NCBI GenBank assembly: GCA_021736975.1
Contig: JAIPET010000005.1
Coordinates: 4,920 to 68,919, forward strand
Direction of reading: 5' to 3'
DNA length: 64,000 bases
DNA from: Candidatus Woesearchaeota archaeon
GTDB taxonomy: Archaea > Nanobdellota > Nanobdellia > Woesearchaeales > 21-14-0-10-32-9
A program made the translations under genes and the position numbers. Of this stretch, positions 51,975 to 62,167 are shown piece by piece. The notes beneath the pieces are model-generated. The model was not told the origin of the DNA, searched no databases, and saw only the letters and a program-made list of their open reading frames with translations. Numbering within the stretch: position 1 is the first letter of the stretch; the number at the start of each line of letters is the position of its first letter.

Positions 51975-52877
51975 ATGGGAATGCCAAAATCTATAATTGC
52001 TTATTTAATGAATGAGGGGCTGAAAAGACCTTTTTCAGGAAGTGTTCTTACTTTAGGAACTCAAGATGTATATATAACATATGCTGAGTTGCAAAAACTT
52101 GCAAAAAAGTACGGTTTTAAATTAAAGAATGTTAAGAAAACTTTATCTTCAAAAAAAGAATTTGCTAGCGAAAATTTTATTTCAGATGTTTGTCTTTTTG
52201 AATCTTTAGGTTTCTCTCATGTTCAAAGTTTAGATTTATCAAAATATGAATCTTCAAACATAATTTTCGATCTTAATTCTGAAAAAATTCCTTCAAAATA
52301 TAAAGAATCATTTGACGTTATTTTCGATGGAGGAACTATTGAACATGTTTTTCATACACCAAATTTTTTAAAAAACACTTTTAATTTTTTGAAAGTAAAC
52401 GGTCGAATGATTCATTTTACACCATCATCAAATACTTTGGATCATGGATTTTTTATGTTTTCTCCGACTTTTTTTTATGATTATTACAAATCTAACAATT
52501 ATGAAATTATAACTTCTCAAGTAGGTAGAGCTAGAACAAATACTAATTTTGGTTTTGTTGAAATAAGCAATTATTTTCCTGGTTGCTTATCAACTATAGG
52601 TATTGGCGGTCTTGATGATTCAACTTATATACTTTTTTTTACTATTAAAAAAACAAAAAAATCTACTTGTATGAAAATACCTCAACAAGGGGCTTATAAT
52701 ATTTTATGGGAGAGTAATCAGAAGAAAAAATATTCAAATAAAACAGCTTTATGGAATAACTTGATTAAATTTTCTTCTCAACATCCTTTACTTTATAAGT
52801 TTATTATAAATTCAAAATTACTAATAATAAACGGTAGAAGAAAAGGTTTAGGTTTAAAAGTAGTTCGTCGTTATTAA
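51975..52877 (+). CDS. Class I SAM-dependent methyltransferase-like protein
   Basis: VLTLGTQD, DLN, FDVIFDGGTIEHVF and HGF motifs. Confidence 0.75.
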   Translation: MGMPKSIIAYLMNEGLKRPFSGSVLTLGTQDVYITYAELQKLAKKYGFKLKNVKKTLSSKKEFASENFISDVCLFESLGFSHVQSLDLSKYESSNIIFDLNSEKIPSKYKESFDVIFDGGTIEHVFHTPNFLKNTFNFLKVNGRMIHFTPSSNTLDHGFFMFSPTFFYDYYKSNNYEIITSQVGRARTNTNFGFVEISNYFPGCLSTIGIGGLDDSTYILFFTIKKTKKSTCMKIPQQGAYNILWESNQKKKYSNKTALWNNLIKFSSQHPLLYKFIINSKLLIINGRRKGLGLKVVRRY

Positions 52878-52890
52878 TATAATATTTAAA

Positions 52891-53715
52891 ATGAAACAAA
52901 AAAACTATTATAATTACAAAAATGATGTTTTTGTTATTTTTGGCGGTGCAAAAGATATAGGTATGTGTATTGCAAAAAGTTTCTTTGATTCAGGTGCAAA
53001 AGTTATTGTTGTAGATATTGAACCTATTGAGTCTGAATTTTTTTTTTTTTATCAAGCTGATTTAACAAATGAATCAGATGTAAAAAAACTTGTTGAAAAA
53101 ATTCTTCTTAAATATAAAAAAATAGATGTTTTAATTAATAATGTGCGTGGAAAAAGATTTAAAAGTGATGATGCTTTGGATTTTTCATTAGATGTTTGGA
53201 TGAATAGTTTAAGTACTATTTTGGGAGGTTCGTATATTGTTGCAAAATACTTTATTCCAGTTATGATAAAACAAAAAAAAGGAGTTATTTTAAATTTAGC
53301 ATCTATATCTGGAAATCTTATAGGAGATGAAGATATCAGTTATCACGTTGCAAAGGCAGGGTTAATACAATTCACAAAATATATTTCCACTAAATATGGA
53401 AAATTCAATATACGTGCAAATTGTATATCTCCAGGATTCATAGTGAAAGATCAAAATTTAGAAAGATTTAACAATAAAGAAAATGATGATTATAAAAAAA
53501 CAGCACTCTTATCACATCCTTTAAGAAGAATTGGTGTTGTAGATGATGTGGCTAAAGCAGCATTGTTTTTGTGCTCAGATGATGCATCATTTATTACAGG
53601 TCAAGATTTTATTGTTGATGGGGGTTTAACAAATAATGATCCTTGGGCATTAGCAAATAATATTAGAAATTATTTAAATAATCCAAATAAGGAGCGAGTT
53701 TATGACAGTAAATAA
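52891..53715 (+). CDS. Classical SDR oxidoreductase
   Basis: GGAKDIG, YHVAK, IRANCISPG and ITGQ..VDGG motifs. Confidence 0.9.
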   Translation: MKQKNYYNYKNDVFVIFGGAKDIGMCIAKSFFDSGAKVIVVDIEPIESEFFFFYQADLTNESDVKKLVEKILLKYKKIDVLINNVRGKRFKSDDALDFSLDVWMNSLSTILGGSYIVAKYFIPVMIKQKKGVILNLASISGNLIGDEDISYHVAKAGLIQFTKYISTKYGKFNIRANCISPGFIVKDQNLERFNNKENDDYKKTALLSHPLRRIGVVDDVAKAALFLCSDDASFITGQDFIVDGGLTNNDPWALANNIRNYLNNPNKERVYDSK

Positions 53716-54604
53716 AAATTCAATTTTAGGCGTTCTTGATTTATCTAAACACACAAAACTAGGAGAATTATTAATTTTTATTGAGAATATTAAGATTAAA
53801 AAAAACACATCTACATTTAAAAATATAGATGTTGCCATTTTGAGTGATGATAAAACTAAATTGTTTACTGTTCAATTACCTATATTATATAATTATCTTA
53901 AAATTAATACTTGTTTTTTATTTGAATCAAAAAATATTTTTAAAGAATTTATTAATAAACACAAAACAGAATATTATAATATATATCCCTCTACAATAAA
54001 TTATGTTGAGCAGGAAAATCCACTAGATTCAACATTTGAATCTAGAAATTTTTTTAAAAAGAAAAACAAAATTCCTTATTTAAGCTCTCTTTCAAAAAAA
54101 TTCAGTTCTACAAATATGTCCTTAACTAAGCAGTTAAAAAATAATTATTCAGTTGTTGTTCATCTTAAAAATTCAACATCCAAACATAAAGAAAGTGATG
54201 CTATTCAAAATGAATGGTTTGCTTTTTTTGATTATTTTAAATCAGAAAATATTTTATTTTTTTTGATAGGTGCTGATGATATCATTGACAAAATAAAGAA
54301 ATTATCTAATATTATAATAACAAGAGATATAGGATTAAATATTGTGGATGATTTAATCTTAATTGAACATGCAGATTTATTTATGGGTATGTGTAGCGGC
54401 CCATTTCAAATAGCTTTGTTTAACAAAAAACCTTACATTGTTTTTAAAAATCCTGATCATCATAAAGAAGAGATGAAAAAGGAAATTGGTGATAAAAATA
54501 AATATATTTTTGCAGCTAACAATCAAAATATTTATAGAGAAGTTGAGTCATTTAACTCTTTGAAAAACAAATTTAGCGCAGTATATAAAAAGGTGCATCG
54601 ATGA
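53702..54604 (+). CDS. Putative GT-B glycosyltransferase-like protein (GT9-like C-terminus)
   Basis: LGE near the N-terminus, VVVHLK, and DLILIEHADLFMGMCSGP...ALF.KKP. Confidence 0.55.
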   Translation: MTVNKNSILGVLDLSKHTKLGELLIFIENIKIKKNTSTFKNIDVAILSDDKTKLFTVQLPILYNYLKINTCFLFESKNIFKEFINKHKTEYYNIYPSTINYVEQENPLDSTFESRNFFKKKNKIPYLSSLSKKFSSTNMSLTKQLKNNYSVVVHLKNSTSKHKESDAIQNEWFAFFDYFKSENILFFLIGADDIIDKIKKLSNIIITRDIGLNIVDDLILIEHADLFMGMCSGPFQIALFNKKPYIVFKNPDHHKEEMKKEIGDKNKYIFAANNQNIYREVESFNSLKNKFSAVYKKVHR

Positions 54605-55599
54605 AATACTCTAAATTATCAAATACAAACATATCTGTGTCAAAACTTTGTCTTGGATGTGCAAATTTTGGAGAAAGAACAGACTATGAAGAAGCTGAAA
54701 AAATAGTTTTAGCAGCTATGAAAAATGGAATAAATTTTTTTGATACTGCAAATGTTTATCCTAATCAAGGTCTAGAAGGAAGATCTGAAAGAATTCTTGG
54801 AAAGATTATAAAAAAACATAATCTTAGAGATAAAATTATTCTAGCAACAAAAGTTAGAGCTAGGATGAGTTCTAAAAAAGGAGATTCAGGTCTTAAAAAA
54901 AAACATATTCTTGAGCAAATCAAAGGTTCTTTAGATAGATTACAAACTTCTTTTGTTGATATTTACCAATTCCACAGACCTGATGATGATGTTCCTGTAA
55001 TTGAGCAATTATCTGCTATTGATCTTTTGGTAAAAAAAAATTTAGTGCATTTTCATGGTTTATCTTCGTTTGTTTCTTGGAAATTAGTTGAACAAATCTT
55101 GATTTCCAAAGCAAATAATTTTCAGAAAATAGTTTCTTTACAAGAAAAATATAATTTATTAGATCGTCAATTAGAATCTCAAATAATAGATATTTGTAAA
55201 AAATATGACATTTCCATTTTAGCATATAGTCCTCTTGAAGGAGGGTTATTGTCTGGAAAATATGATTTAAATAATCCTTCTCCAAAAAATGCAAGACACA
55301 CTATTTGGAAAAAAGATTTCACTTCAGAAGAGAACCTAGTTTTATTAACTAAAGCAGATCTTTTAAAAAAAATGGCTCAGGAAAAAGGGATTACTTTAGT
55401 ACAATTATCTATTGCATGGATTTTACAAAATAAGGCAATAACTTCTTGTATTATAGGTCCAAGAAACATCGATCAGTTTAATGAATATGTTTCTGCACTA
55501 AAAATAAATTTAACTGACGAGGACTTACAAAGAATTGATGATATTTGTCCGCCTCTTTATGCAAAGAAAATATCAAAAAATAGTATGTTTAGAAAATAA
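54601..55599 (+). CDS. Aldo/keto reductase
   Basis: LCLGC, FFDTANVY, LATK, DIYQFH and YSPLEGGLLSGKY motifs. Confidence 0.93.
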   Translation: MKYSKLSNTNISVSKLCLGCANFGERTDYEEAEKIVLAAMKNGINFFDTANVYPNQGLEGRSERILGKIIKKHNLRDKIILATKVRARMSSKKGDSGLKKKHILEQIKGSLDRLQTSFVDIYQFHRPDDDVPVIEQLSAIDLLVKKNLVHFHGLSSFVSWKLVEQILISKANNFQKIVSLQEKYNLLDRQLESQIIDICKKYDISILAYSPLEGGLLSGKYDLNNPSPKNARHTIWKKDFTSEENLVLLTKADLLKKMAQEKGITLVQLSIAWILQNKAITSCIIGPRNIDQFNEYVSALKINLTDEDLQRIDDICPPLYAKKISKNSMFRK

Positions 55600-55612
55600 T
55601 TTGGTTGAAAAA

Positions 55613-56659
55613 ATGAAATTAATAAGTTTTTTTAAAAAAGCATTCATATTTTTAAGAGTTCATATAACTTTAAGAATATTCAGATTTTTATGGTCAATTC
55701 GTTTTTTGGTTATGAATTTATTTAATATTAAAAAAGACGCAATTATAGGTGTGTGGGATTTTTCTTGTGGTACAATGGGTGATGCGTTGCTATTTCATGA
55801 AATTCTAGCATGTTTAAAAGAAGAATTTGCTCCTGGAAAAAATAATGTTGAAGTTTGTTTCATTCATGATGAAACTCAAGATAAAAATGTTTATTCTGAT
55901 AATTGGAAAAAGATGATTTCTGATACAGTTCATTTTAATAAATATTTAGGAAAAATTCATAATTTTAATTCCTATGACGAATTTAGAAATTATTTGAATT
56001 CTTCTAAAAAAAGTTATGTTGTTTGGCCTTCAAAAAATGGATTTGTATTTCCTTATGATATGAATATCATTATTAGATTTTTTTCATTATTTAAACGAAT
56101 TCCTTCTTTTAGTTCACCTAAAAATATTTCAGATAAAGTTGGTGTTTTTTTAAAAGAACAAATATATCCTGCTCTACCTATAGTTGTTTCTTTAAGAAAT
56201 CTTAAATCAAGACATAATCATAGAAATTCAGATATATCTGTATTATATCACTTTTTTAAACATTTTAAATCTGATGATCGCTATAAATTCATAATTATTT
56301 GTTCAAAAGAAGAAGTTGATGATTCATTAAGATTGAATAATGTCTTATTTTCAAAAGATTATTTTAAGTCAATTCAAGAAGATTATGTTATTATACAAAA
56401 ATCATATGCAGGTATTTTTCCAACCTCAGGACCTGCTATTATTGCTTATTTTGACGGAATTCCATTTATACAATACGGTTTTGATATGAATAATACTAAT
56501 CATAGTCCTGTATTATCAATCTCTAGAAGTAAAAAATTTGTTTTTTTAAATCATAATCAGCGAATTTTTTGGAAAAAAGAAGAACTAACTTGGTTATTGG
56601 AAGAGTTCGATAAATTATTAAAGGATATTGAACAATATAATAAAAAGGTGAAAAAATGA
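55613..56659 (+). CDS. Putative GT-B glycosyltransferase-like protein, distant paralogue of 53702-54604
   Basis: GVWDF..MGDALLF, VVSLRN and EDY.II...SGP...AYF.GIP in the same order as its paralogue. Confidence 0.5.
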   Translation: MKLISFFKKAFIFLRVHITLRIFRFLWSIRFLVMNLFNIKKDAIIGVWDFSCGTMGDALLFHEILACLKEEFAPGKNNVEVCFIHDETQDKNVYSDNWKKMISDTVHFNKYLGKIHNFNSYDEFRNYLNSSKKSYVVWPSKNGFVFPYDMNIIIRFFSLFKRIPSFSSPKNISDKVGVFLKEQIYPALPIVVSLRNLKSRHNHRNSDISVLYHFFKHFKSDDRYKFIIICSKEEVDDSLRLNNVLFSKDYFKSIQEDYVIIQKSYAGIFPTSGPAIIAYFDGIPFIQYGFDMNNTNHSPVLSISRSKKFVFLNHNQRIFWKKEELTWLLEEFDKLLKDIEQYNKKVKK

Positions 56660-57312
56660 CAGAAATTAATTTATTGGAGAAATATCCAAAAACTAAACGT
56701 GATCTTAAAGCGCGTGGTGAAGAAAAAACTGATGAAATTCGTTCAGTAGCAAGAAAGTTTGAAAAAGATTTTTTTGATGGTGATAGAAAGTATGGTTATG
56801 GTGGGTTTACATATAACTCAAGATTCTGGAGTGAAGTAGTAAAAGATTTTATTAATTATTATGATCTTCAACCGGGAAATAAAATTTTTGATATTGGTTC
56901 CGCAAAAGGGTTTATGCTTTATGATTTGAATCAAGCAATGCCTGAACTTATTTTAAAAGGTATTGATATTAGTAATTATGCTGTTGCGCACACTATCAAG
57001 GGCGTTAGAGAGTTTAACTTCGTCGGTGACGTTCGAGATTTAAGCATGTATAAAGATGATGAGTTTGATTTAGTTATTTGTATAAATACAGTTCATAATT
57101 TGCCTATTGATGAATGCAAACGTGCTATTTCTGAAATTCAGCGTATTGGAAAACATGCATTTATTACTATGGATGCTTGGAATACAGATGAAGAAAAAGA
57201 AGCTATGATGGCTTGGAATCTTACAGCAAAAACAATGATGAGTGTTTTAGATTGGAAAAAACTTTTTGATGAAGTTGGTTACAAAGGTGATTATTATTGG
57301 TTTATGCCATAA
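56656..57312 (+). CDS. Class I SAM-dependent methyltransferase
   Basis: FDIGSAKGF, GIDIS and FDLVICINTVHNL motifs. Confidence 0.88.
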   Translation: MTEINLLEKYPKTKRDLKARGEEKTDEIRSVARKFEKDFFDGDRKYGYGGFTYNSRFWSEVVKDFINYYDLQPGNKIFDIGSAKGFMLYDLNQAMPELILKGIDISNYAVAHTIKGVREFNFVGDVRDLSMYKDDEFDLVICINTVHNLPIDECKRAISEIQRIGKHAFITMDAWNTDEEKEAMMAWNLTAKTMMSVLDWKKLFDEVGYKGDYYWFMP

Positions 57313-57322
57313 GGAGTGATTT

Positions 57323-58363
57323 ATGAAAACTAAAGGCGCAGTTTTATATGAAACTAATGCAAATCTTGTTATAGATACTCTTGAAATTCCAAAACTTCAG
57401 CTAGGACAAGTGTTAGTTAAAATTATTTGTAGTGGTATTTGCAGGTCTCAAATTCATGAAATCGAAGCCCATAAAGGTCCTGATAACTATCTTCCTCATT
57501 TATTGGGGCATGAAGCAGTAGGTGTGGTTGAAAAAGTGAGTAGCAACGTTTCTAAGGTTTCTATCGGCGATAAGGTTGTTTTAACATGGATTAAAGGAAC
57601 AGGATGTGATGTTTCTGGTTCAACTTATATTGATTCTGAAGGCGTTTCTATTAATTCAGGTGCAATAACAACATTTAGTAATTATGCAGTTTTAAGTGAA
57701 AATAGGTTGGTAAAAATTCCTGAATCAGTTCCTGATTCTATTGCGCCTTTATTTGGTTGTGCAATTCCTACAGGTGTGGGTATTATTCAAAACGAACTTG
57801 ATGTTCAAGAAGGACAATCTATTGCAATTTTTGGCGTTGGTGGTGTTGGATCTGCTGCTTTATTAGGTGCAGTTGCAAGAAAAGCAAAGAATATCATAGC
57901 AGTTGATATTAATGATGAAAAGCTTAATATAGCAAAAGAACTAGGCGCAACACATGTTATTAATATTCGAGAAAATGTTCTTGATATTATTAAAAAAATA
58001 ACAATGGATAAATATCTTGATTTTGCAGTTGATTGTTCTGGAAATATAGCTACTATGGAACTCGCATTTAAATCTATTAATGACAAAGGCACTCTTGTTA
58101 TTGCTGGAAATCCTAAAAAAGGAGAAACTATTTCCATTGTTCCTTTTGATCTTATTAAAGGAAAAAGAATTATTGGTAGTTGGGGAGGTTCTACGAACCC
58201 TGATAAAGATATACCTCTTTATATTAAACAATATCTTGATGGTGATCTTCATGTTGAACTTTTAAAAACTAAAATTTATTCTCTTGAGGACATCAATGAG
58301 GCTATAGTTTCATTCAAAAAGGGAGATTTTTCAAGAGTTTTATTAGATTGTTCAACAAAGTAA
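57323..58363 (+). CDS. Zn-dependent (MDR) alcohol dehydrogenase
   Basis: GICRSQ, GHEAVG, GCAIPTG and GVGGVG motifs; lacks the structural-Zn lobe. Confidence 0.9.
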   Translation: MKTKGAVLYETNANLVIDTLEIPKLQLGQVLVKIICSGICRSQIHEIEAHKGPDNYLPHLLGHEAVGVVEKVSSNVSKVSIGDKVVLTWIKGTGCDVSGSTYIDSEGVSINSGAITTFSNYAVLSENRLVKIPESVPDSIAPLFGCAIPTGVGIIQNELDVQEGQSIAIFGVGGVGSAALLGAVARKAKNIIAVDINDEKLNIAKELGATHVINIRENVLDIIKKITMDKYLDFAVDCSGNIATMELAFKSINDKGTLVIAGNPKKGETISIVPFDLIKGKRIIGSWGGSTNPDKDIPLYIKQYLDGDLHVELLKTKIYSLEDINEAIVSFKKGDFSRVLLDCSTK

Positions 58364-58366
58364 TAC

Positions 58367-59431
58367 GTGCTTATTTTAAGAAAGTTTTATAAAATAACTT
58401 TAATTCATAAGAATGGTGTGGTTATTAAAAAACGATTTGCTGTGGATTTTGACAAAATTGTTGATGTTCTTGAGAATATTAAAGATTTAAACGTTCTGGT
58501 TATTGGAGATACTATTATTGATGAATATGTTTTTGCTAAACAAAAAGGCCGTGCTATTAAAGATCCTATTCTTTCAATGGAATATGTTAATCATGAAGTT
58601 TATGCTGGCGGAATTTATGCAACTGCTAATCATCTAAGTTCTTTTGTAAAAAACATTACATTAGTTACTTTACTTGGTGACAAAGAGACAAAAGAAGATT
58701 TTCTTAAATCACATGTTTCTAAAAATACGCGTGTTAAACATTTTTTTAAGAAAGATTCAGTAACTACTGTGAAAAAAAGATTTGTTGATTCTTATAGGGG
58801 AAATAAGTTATTTAAAATAGAACATATAACTGATGCCCCTATTTCAAATAGTCTTTCTAAAGAGATTGTTTCTTATCTTGAAGAAGAGCTTCCTAAATAT
58901 GATTTAGTTGTTGTTAATGATTTCGGTCACGGTTTTATTAATGAAGATATTCGTTCTGTTATTCAGAAAAAATCAAAATATTTAGCTATAAATGTTCAAT
59001 CAAATAGTGCAAATACAGGTTTTAATTATGTCACGCTTTATACTAAAGCTGATTTCATAACTATGAATGAAAGTGAAATTAGATTGCCTATGATGATGCG
59101 TTTTGAAGATATAGATGTGGTTATGAATAAGTTTAGTGAAAAATATTTTTTTGATAAGTTTATATTGACACTTGGTAAGAGGGGTTCTATTTATTATACT
59201 GCCGGAGAAACCTTTGCTTGTCCTGTAGTTATTGATACAATAGTTGATACTGTTGGTTCGGGCGATGCATTATTTGCCATATCTTCTTTATTTTCTTATT
59301 CAGGTGCTGATGGTTTTTTAATTTCATTTATTGGCAATGTTGCAGGTGGTATAAAAACTAATTATTTAGGTAATAAAGAATCTGTTTCAAAAAATAAACT
59401 TATTAAAGTGTCTAAGGAGTTGTTATTATGA
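58367..59431 (+). CDS. PfkB/ribokinase-family sugar-phosphate kinase (HldA/RfaE-I-like); start uncertain
   Basis: VLVIGDTIIDEY, DFGHG, NESE and DTVGSGD motifs. Confidence 0.88.
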   Translation: MLILRKFYKITLIHKNGVVIKKRFAVDFDKIVDVLENIKDLNVLVIGDTIIDEYVFAKQKGRAIKDPILSMEYVNHEVYAGGIYATANHLSSFVKNITLVTLLGDKETKEDFLKSHVSKNTRVKHFFKKDSVTTVKKRFVDSYRGNKLFKIEHITDAPISNSLSKEIVSYLEEELPKYDLVVVNDFGHGFINEDIRSVIQKKSKYLAINVQSNSANTGFNYVTLYTKADFITMNESEIRLPMMMRFEDIDVVMNKFSEKYFFDKFILTLGKRGSIYYTAGETFACPVVIDTIVDTVGSGDALFAISSLFSYSGADGFLISFIGNVAGGIKTNYLGNKESVSKNKLIKVSKELLL

Positions 59432-59979
59432 CTTTTGAAGAATATTCAAGTCAAATTAAATCAGAACTAGATAAACTAGTTTATGATGAAGAAATTCTTT
59501 TCACATTAAAAAATACTTTAAAAACCGGTAAAAAAATATTTATAGCAGGAAATGGCGGAAGTGCTTCTATTGCTAATCATTGCGCATGCGATTTTTCAAA
59601 AGGAGCAACATCTGATTGGAAAAATAATTTTAATAGATATAAAGTCATTTCTCTTTCAAGCAATTTAAGTTACATGACTGCAATTTCAAATGATGAAAAT
59701 TATACTGATGTTTTTAAACAACAATTAGTAAATTTAGCAGAAGAAGGAGATATTCTAATTCTTATTTCTTCTTCAGGTAATAGCCCTAATATTATTAATG
59801 CTTTAGAATATGCTAAGGAGATTGGCATGGTAAGTATAGGTATATGTGGTTTTGATGGAGGGCAGCTTAAAAAATCTGCTGATTTAATTGCTCATGTAAA
59901 TATGAATTCTTATGAAGTTTGTGAAGATGTTCATAGCATTTTCTGTCATTATATCACAATATGGTTAAGAAATAATTAA
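59428..59979 (+). CDS. gmhA: SIS-domain phosphoheptose isomerase (GmhA-like)
   Basis: GNGGSAS.A.H, TAISND, ISSSGNSPN and EDVH motifs. Confidence 0.88.
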   Translation: MTFEEYSSQIKSELDKLVYDEEILFTLKNTLKTGKKIFIAGNGGSASIANHCACDFSKGATSDWKNNFNRYKVISLSSNLSYMTAISNDENYTDVFKQQLVNLAEEGDILILISSSGNSPNIINALEYAKEIGMVSIGICGFDGGQLKKSADLIAHVNMNSYEVCEDVHSIFCHYITIWLRNN

Positions 59980-61046
59980 TTATTTTTTCCTATTTCTTTT
60001 ATTAGTTCATCATATTCTTTATTCGCATCTAAAAAAGTTGCTTTTAAATTGTCAGCGAGTAATTCATCATCTTTACTATCTCCTAGAACTATTATTTTGT
60101 CAAAATCATTTATTTTTTTATTAATTTCTTCTAATCCTTTAGACACCATTCTGATGCTTGGTTTTCTATCTGTTTTTTCTTTGATATGTTTATTTACCCA
60201 ATTTATTTCTGGTTTAGTTTTTGCATAATCATTGTCTACATCTGGGCAGTATTGCCAATTCAAAATAATTATATTTTTTGAAAGCAATTTATCATCAATA
60301 TTTTTATTTATTTCTTCAACTGTTTTGCAAGTAAAATATCCTCTCGCGACTCCTGCTTGATTAGAAATCACGATGTTAGTAGTTTTAAATTTTGTTTGTA
60401 AATATATTATTGTGTTGATAATATTTTCTTTTAATTTTAAATCTTTTTTCCAAGTTTTTTCTTTTCCAAAAAAACCACTATCTTCTATAAGAGTTCCATC
60501 CCTATCTATAAGAAGAAGAACGTCCTCGTTTTTTATATCGTTTTTTATATATTGAATTATTTTTGTAGTTGATAATGGTGGTTCAGTAGTATATTTCATT
60601 TCTCCTCCAATATCTTTTATTGCTTTTCTTTCAGAAATTATTCCAGGTGTTGTTTTATTTATAAAATCAGGTCCTTTAATATAATATGATGGTTTAAGTT
60701 CATGTATTATTTCAGTTCCTTTTTTAAATGGTGAAATAACAACATAATCAACTGATTGATGTGATGCGATGATATATGCTCTTAGTTTATCAGTATATAT
60801 TGGTCTTCCCAAACCTTTTCTAGAAGTAACAAATTCATCCGCTGTAACTGAAACAACTAAATAATCGCATTGAGATTTAGCAATTTCAAAATGTTTAAAG
60901 TGACCTGGGTGTGTAAGATCAAAACCTCCATGACACAACCCAATTTTTTTCCCTTGTTTTTTTAACAAATTTATTTTTTCACTGCATTTTTTTAAAGATA
61001 TTATTTTTTTTGAAGAATACAACTCTATATTTTCAACAGCTAACAT
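59976..61046 (-). CDS. Fusion of HldC/RfaE-II-like nucleotidyltransferase and GmhB-like HAD phosphatase
   Basis: N-terminal CHGGFDLTHPGH, KG.GRP, KGPD and STT; C-terminal IDRDGTL, SNQAGVARG, YCP, RKP and GDSKDD. Confidence 0.85.
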   Translation of the reverse strand: MLAVENIELYSSKKIISLKKCSEKINLLKKQGKKIGLCHGGFDLTHPGHFKHFEIAKSQCDYLVVSVTADEFVTSRKGLGRPIYTDKLRAYIIASHQSVDYVVISPFKKGTEIIHELKPSYYIKGPDFINKTTPGIISERKAIKDIGGEMKYTTEPPLSTTKIIQYIKNDIKNEDVLLLIDRDGTLIEDSGFFGKEKTWKKDLKLKENIINTIIYLQTKFKTTNIVISNQAGVARGYFTCKTVEEINKNIDDKLLSKNIIILNWQYCPDVDNDYAKTKPEINWVNKHIKEKTDRKPSIRMVSKGLEEINKKINDFDKIIVLGDSKDDELLADNLKATFLDANKEYDELIKEIGKNN

Positions 61047-61188
61047 AAATTAATAAAACAAATACTTGTTTAAATAATTTTCTTTTATGATTTTGCCTTT
61101 ATAATTGGTGATTTGGGCTTGATTGATTTTATTATGAAAATCATTTTCTAATTTAGAATAAACAAATTCACTAATGAGTTATAATTTA

Positions 61189-62070
61189 TCATAGTGTATT
61201 TTTATCTCTAAGTTTTTCCATTACTTTTTTTTCTGTTTCATAAACTTCTTTTTTGCCGTTACCTAACCAAATATCTACTTTGTTAATATCTCTTAATAAT
61301 TTTCTAAGTCCATCGTATTCTATGCTTGCTGCTTGATCAGTTCCCCACATTGCTCGATCAATAGTTATGTGTCTTTCAATTATTTTTGCTCCTAATGTTG
61401 TAGCTACAACGCTCGCAGTAATTCCTTCTTCGTGTCCTGAATAACCTATTATGTTGTTTGGAAATTCTTTTTGTAATGTTTGTATTACTTTTAGGTTTAA
61501 TTCCTCGTCTTTGGCAGGATATCCTGAGTTACAGTGCAGTATTGCTACGTCGTTATTTCCCTCAAATATTTTAACTGCTTTCTTTATTTGTTCTAAATTA
61601 GTTCCACCTGTTGATAATATGACTGGTTTTTTAGTTGCTTTAACTCTTTCTAAAAGTTCTTTATCTGTTATTTTTGCTGAGGCGAATTTATGGAAGGATA
61701 CATCAAATTTTTCTAGGAATTCGAAACTTGGAACATCCCATGCTGATGCAGTCCATAATATTTTTTTTTCTTTACAATATCTATCAATTTCTTTATATTC
61801 TGTTTCTTCAAATTCTATTTTTTTCTTGTAATCAAAATAAGTCATTTCTCCCCAAGGAGTATCTCTTAATCTGTTTCTTTGTTCTTTTGGAACACATATC
61901 TCAGGCGTTCTCTTTTGAAACTTAACGGCATCAGCTCCAAGCATGCATGCCATATCTATCATTTTTTTAGCTGTTTCTAATGATCCATTGTGATTGATTC
62001 CAATTTCAGCTATGAAAAATGGTTTGCTAGTATCTGTTATTATTTTATTTCCAAGAATTATTTGTTTCAT
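61189..62070 (-). CDS. neuB: Nonulosonic acid synthase (NeuB family) lacking the C-terminal SAF domain
   Basis: IAEIGINHNG, AVKFQ, GYSGHE and ERHIT motifs; only 293 aa. Confidence 0.92.
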   Translation of the reverse strand: MKQIILGNKIITDTSKPFFIAEIGINHNGSLETAKKMIDMACMLGADAVKFQKRTPEICVPKEQRNRLRDTPWGEMTYFDYKKKIEFEETEYKEIDRYCKEKKILWTASAWDVPSFEFLEKFDVSFHKFASAKITDKELLERVKATKKPVILSTGGTNLEQIKKAVKIFEGNNDVAILHCNSGYPAKDEELNLKVIQTLQKEFPNNIIGYSGHEEGITASVVATTLGAKIIERHITIDRAMWGTDQAASIEYDGLRKLLRDINKVDIWLGNGKKEVYETEKKVMEKLRDKNTL

Positions 62071-62167
62071 TTTTTCACCTTTTTAATTTTATAAGTATTT
62101 TTTAATAATTGTATTTATGTTGCTTATGTTCTTGACATTATTAATTTTGTGTTTTCTAAGTCATTTT

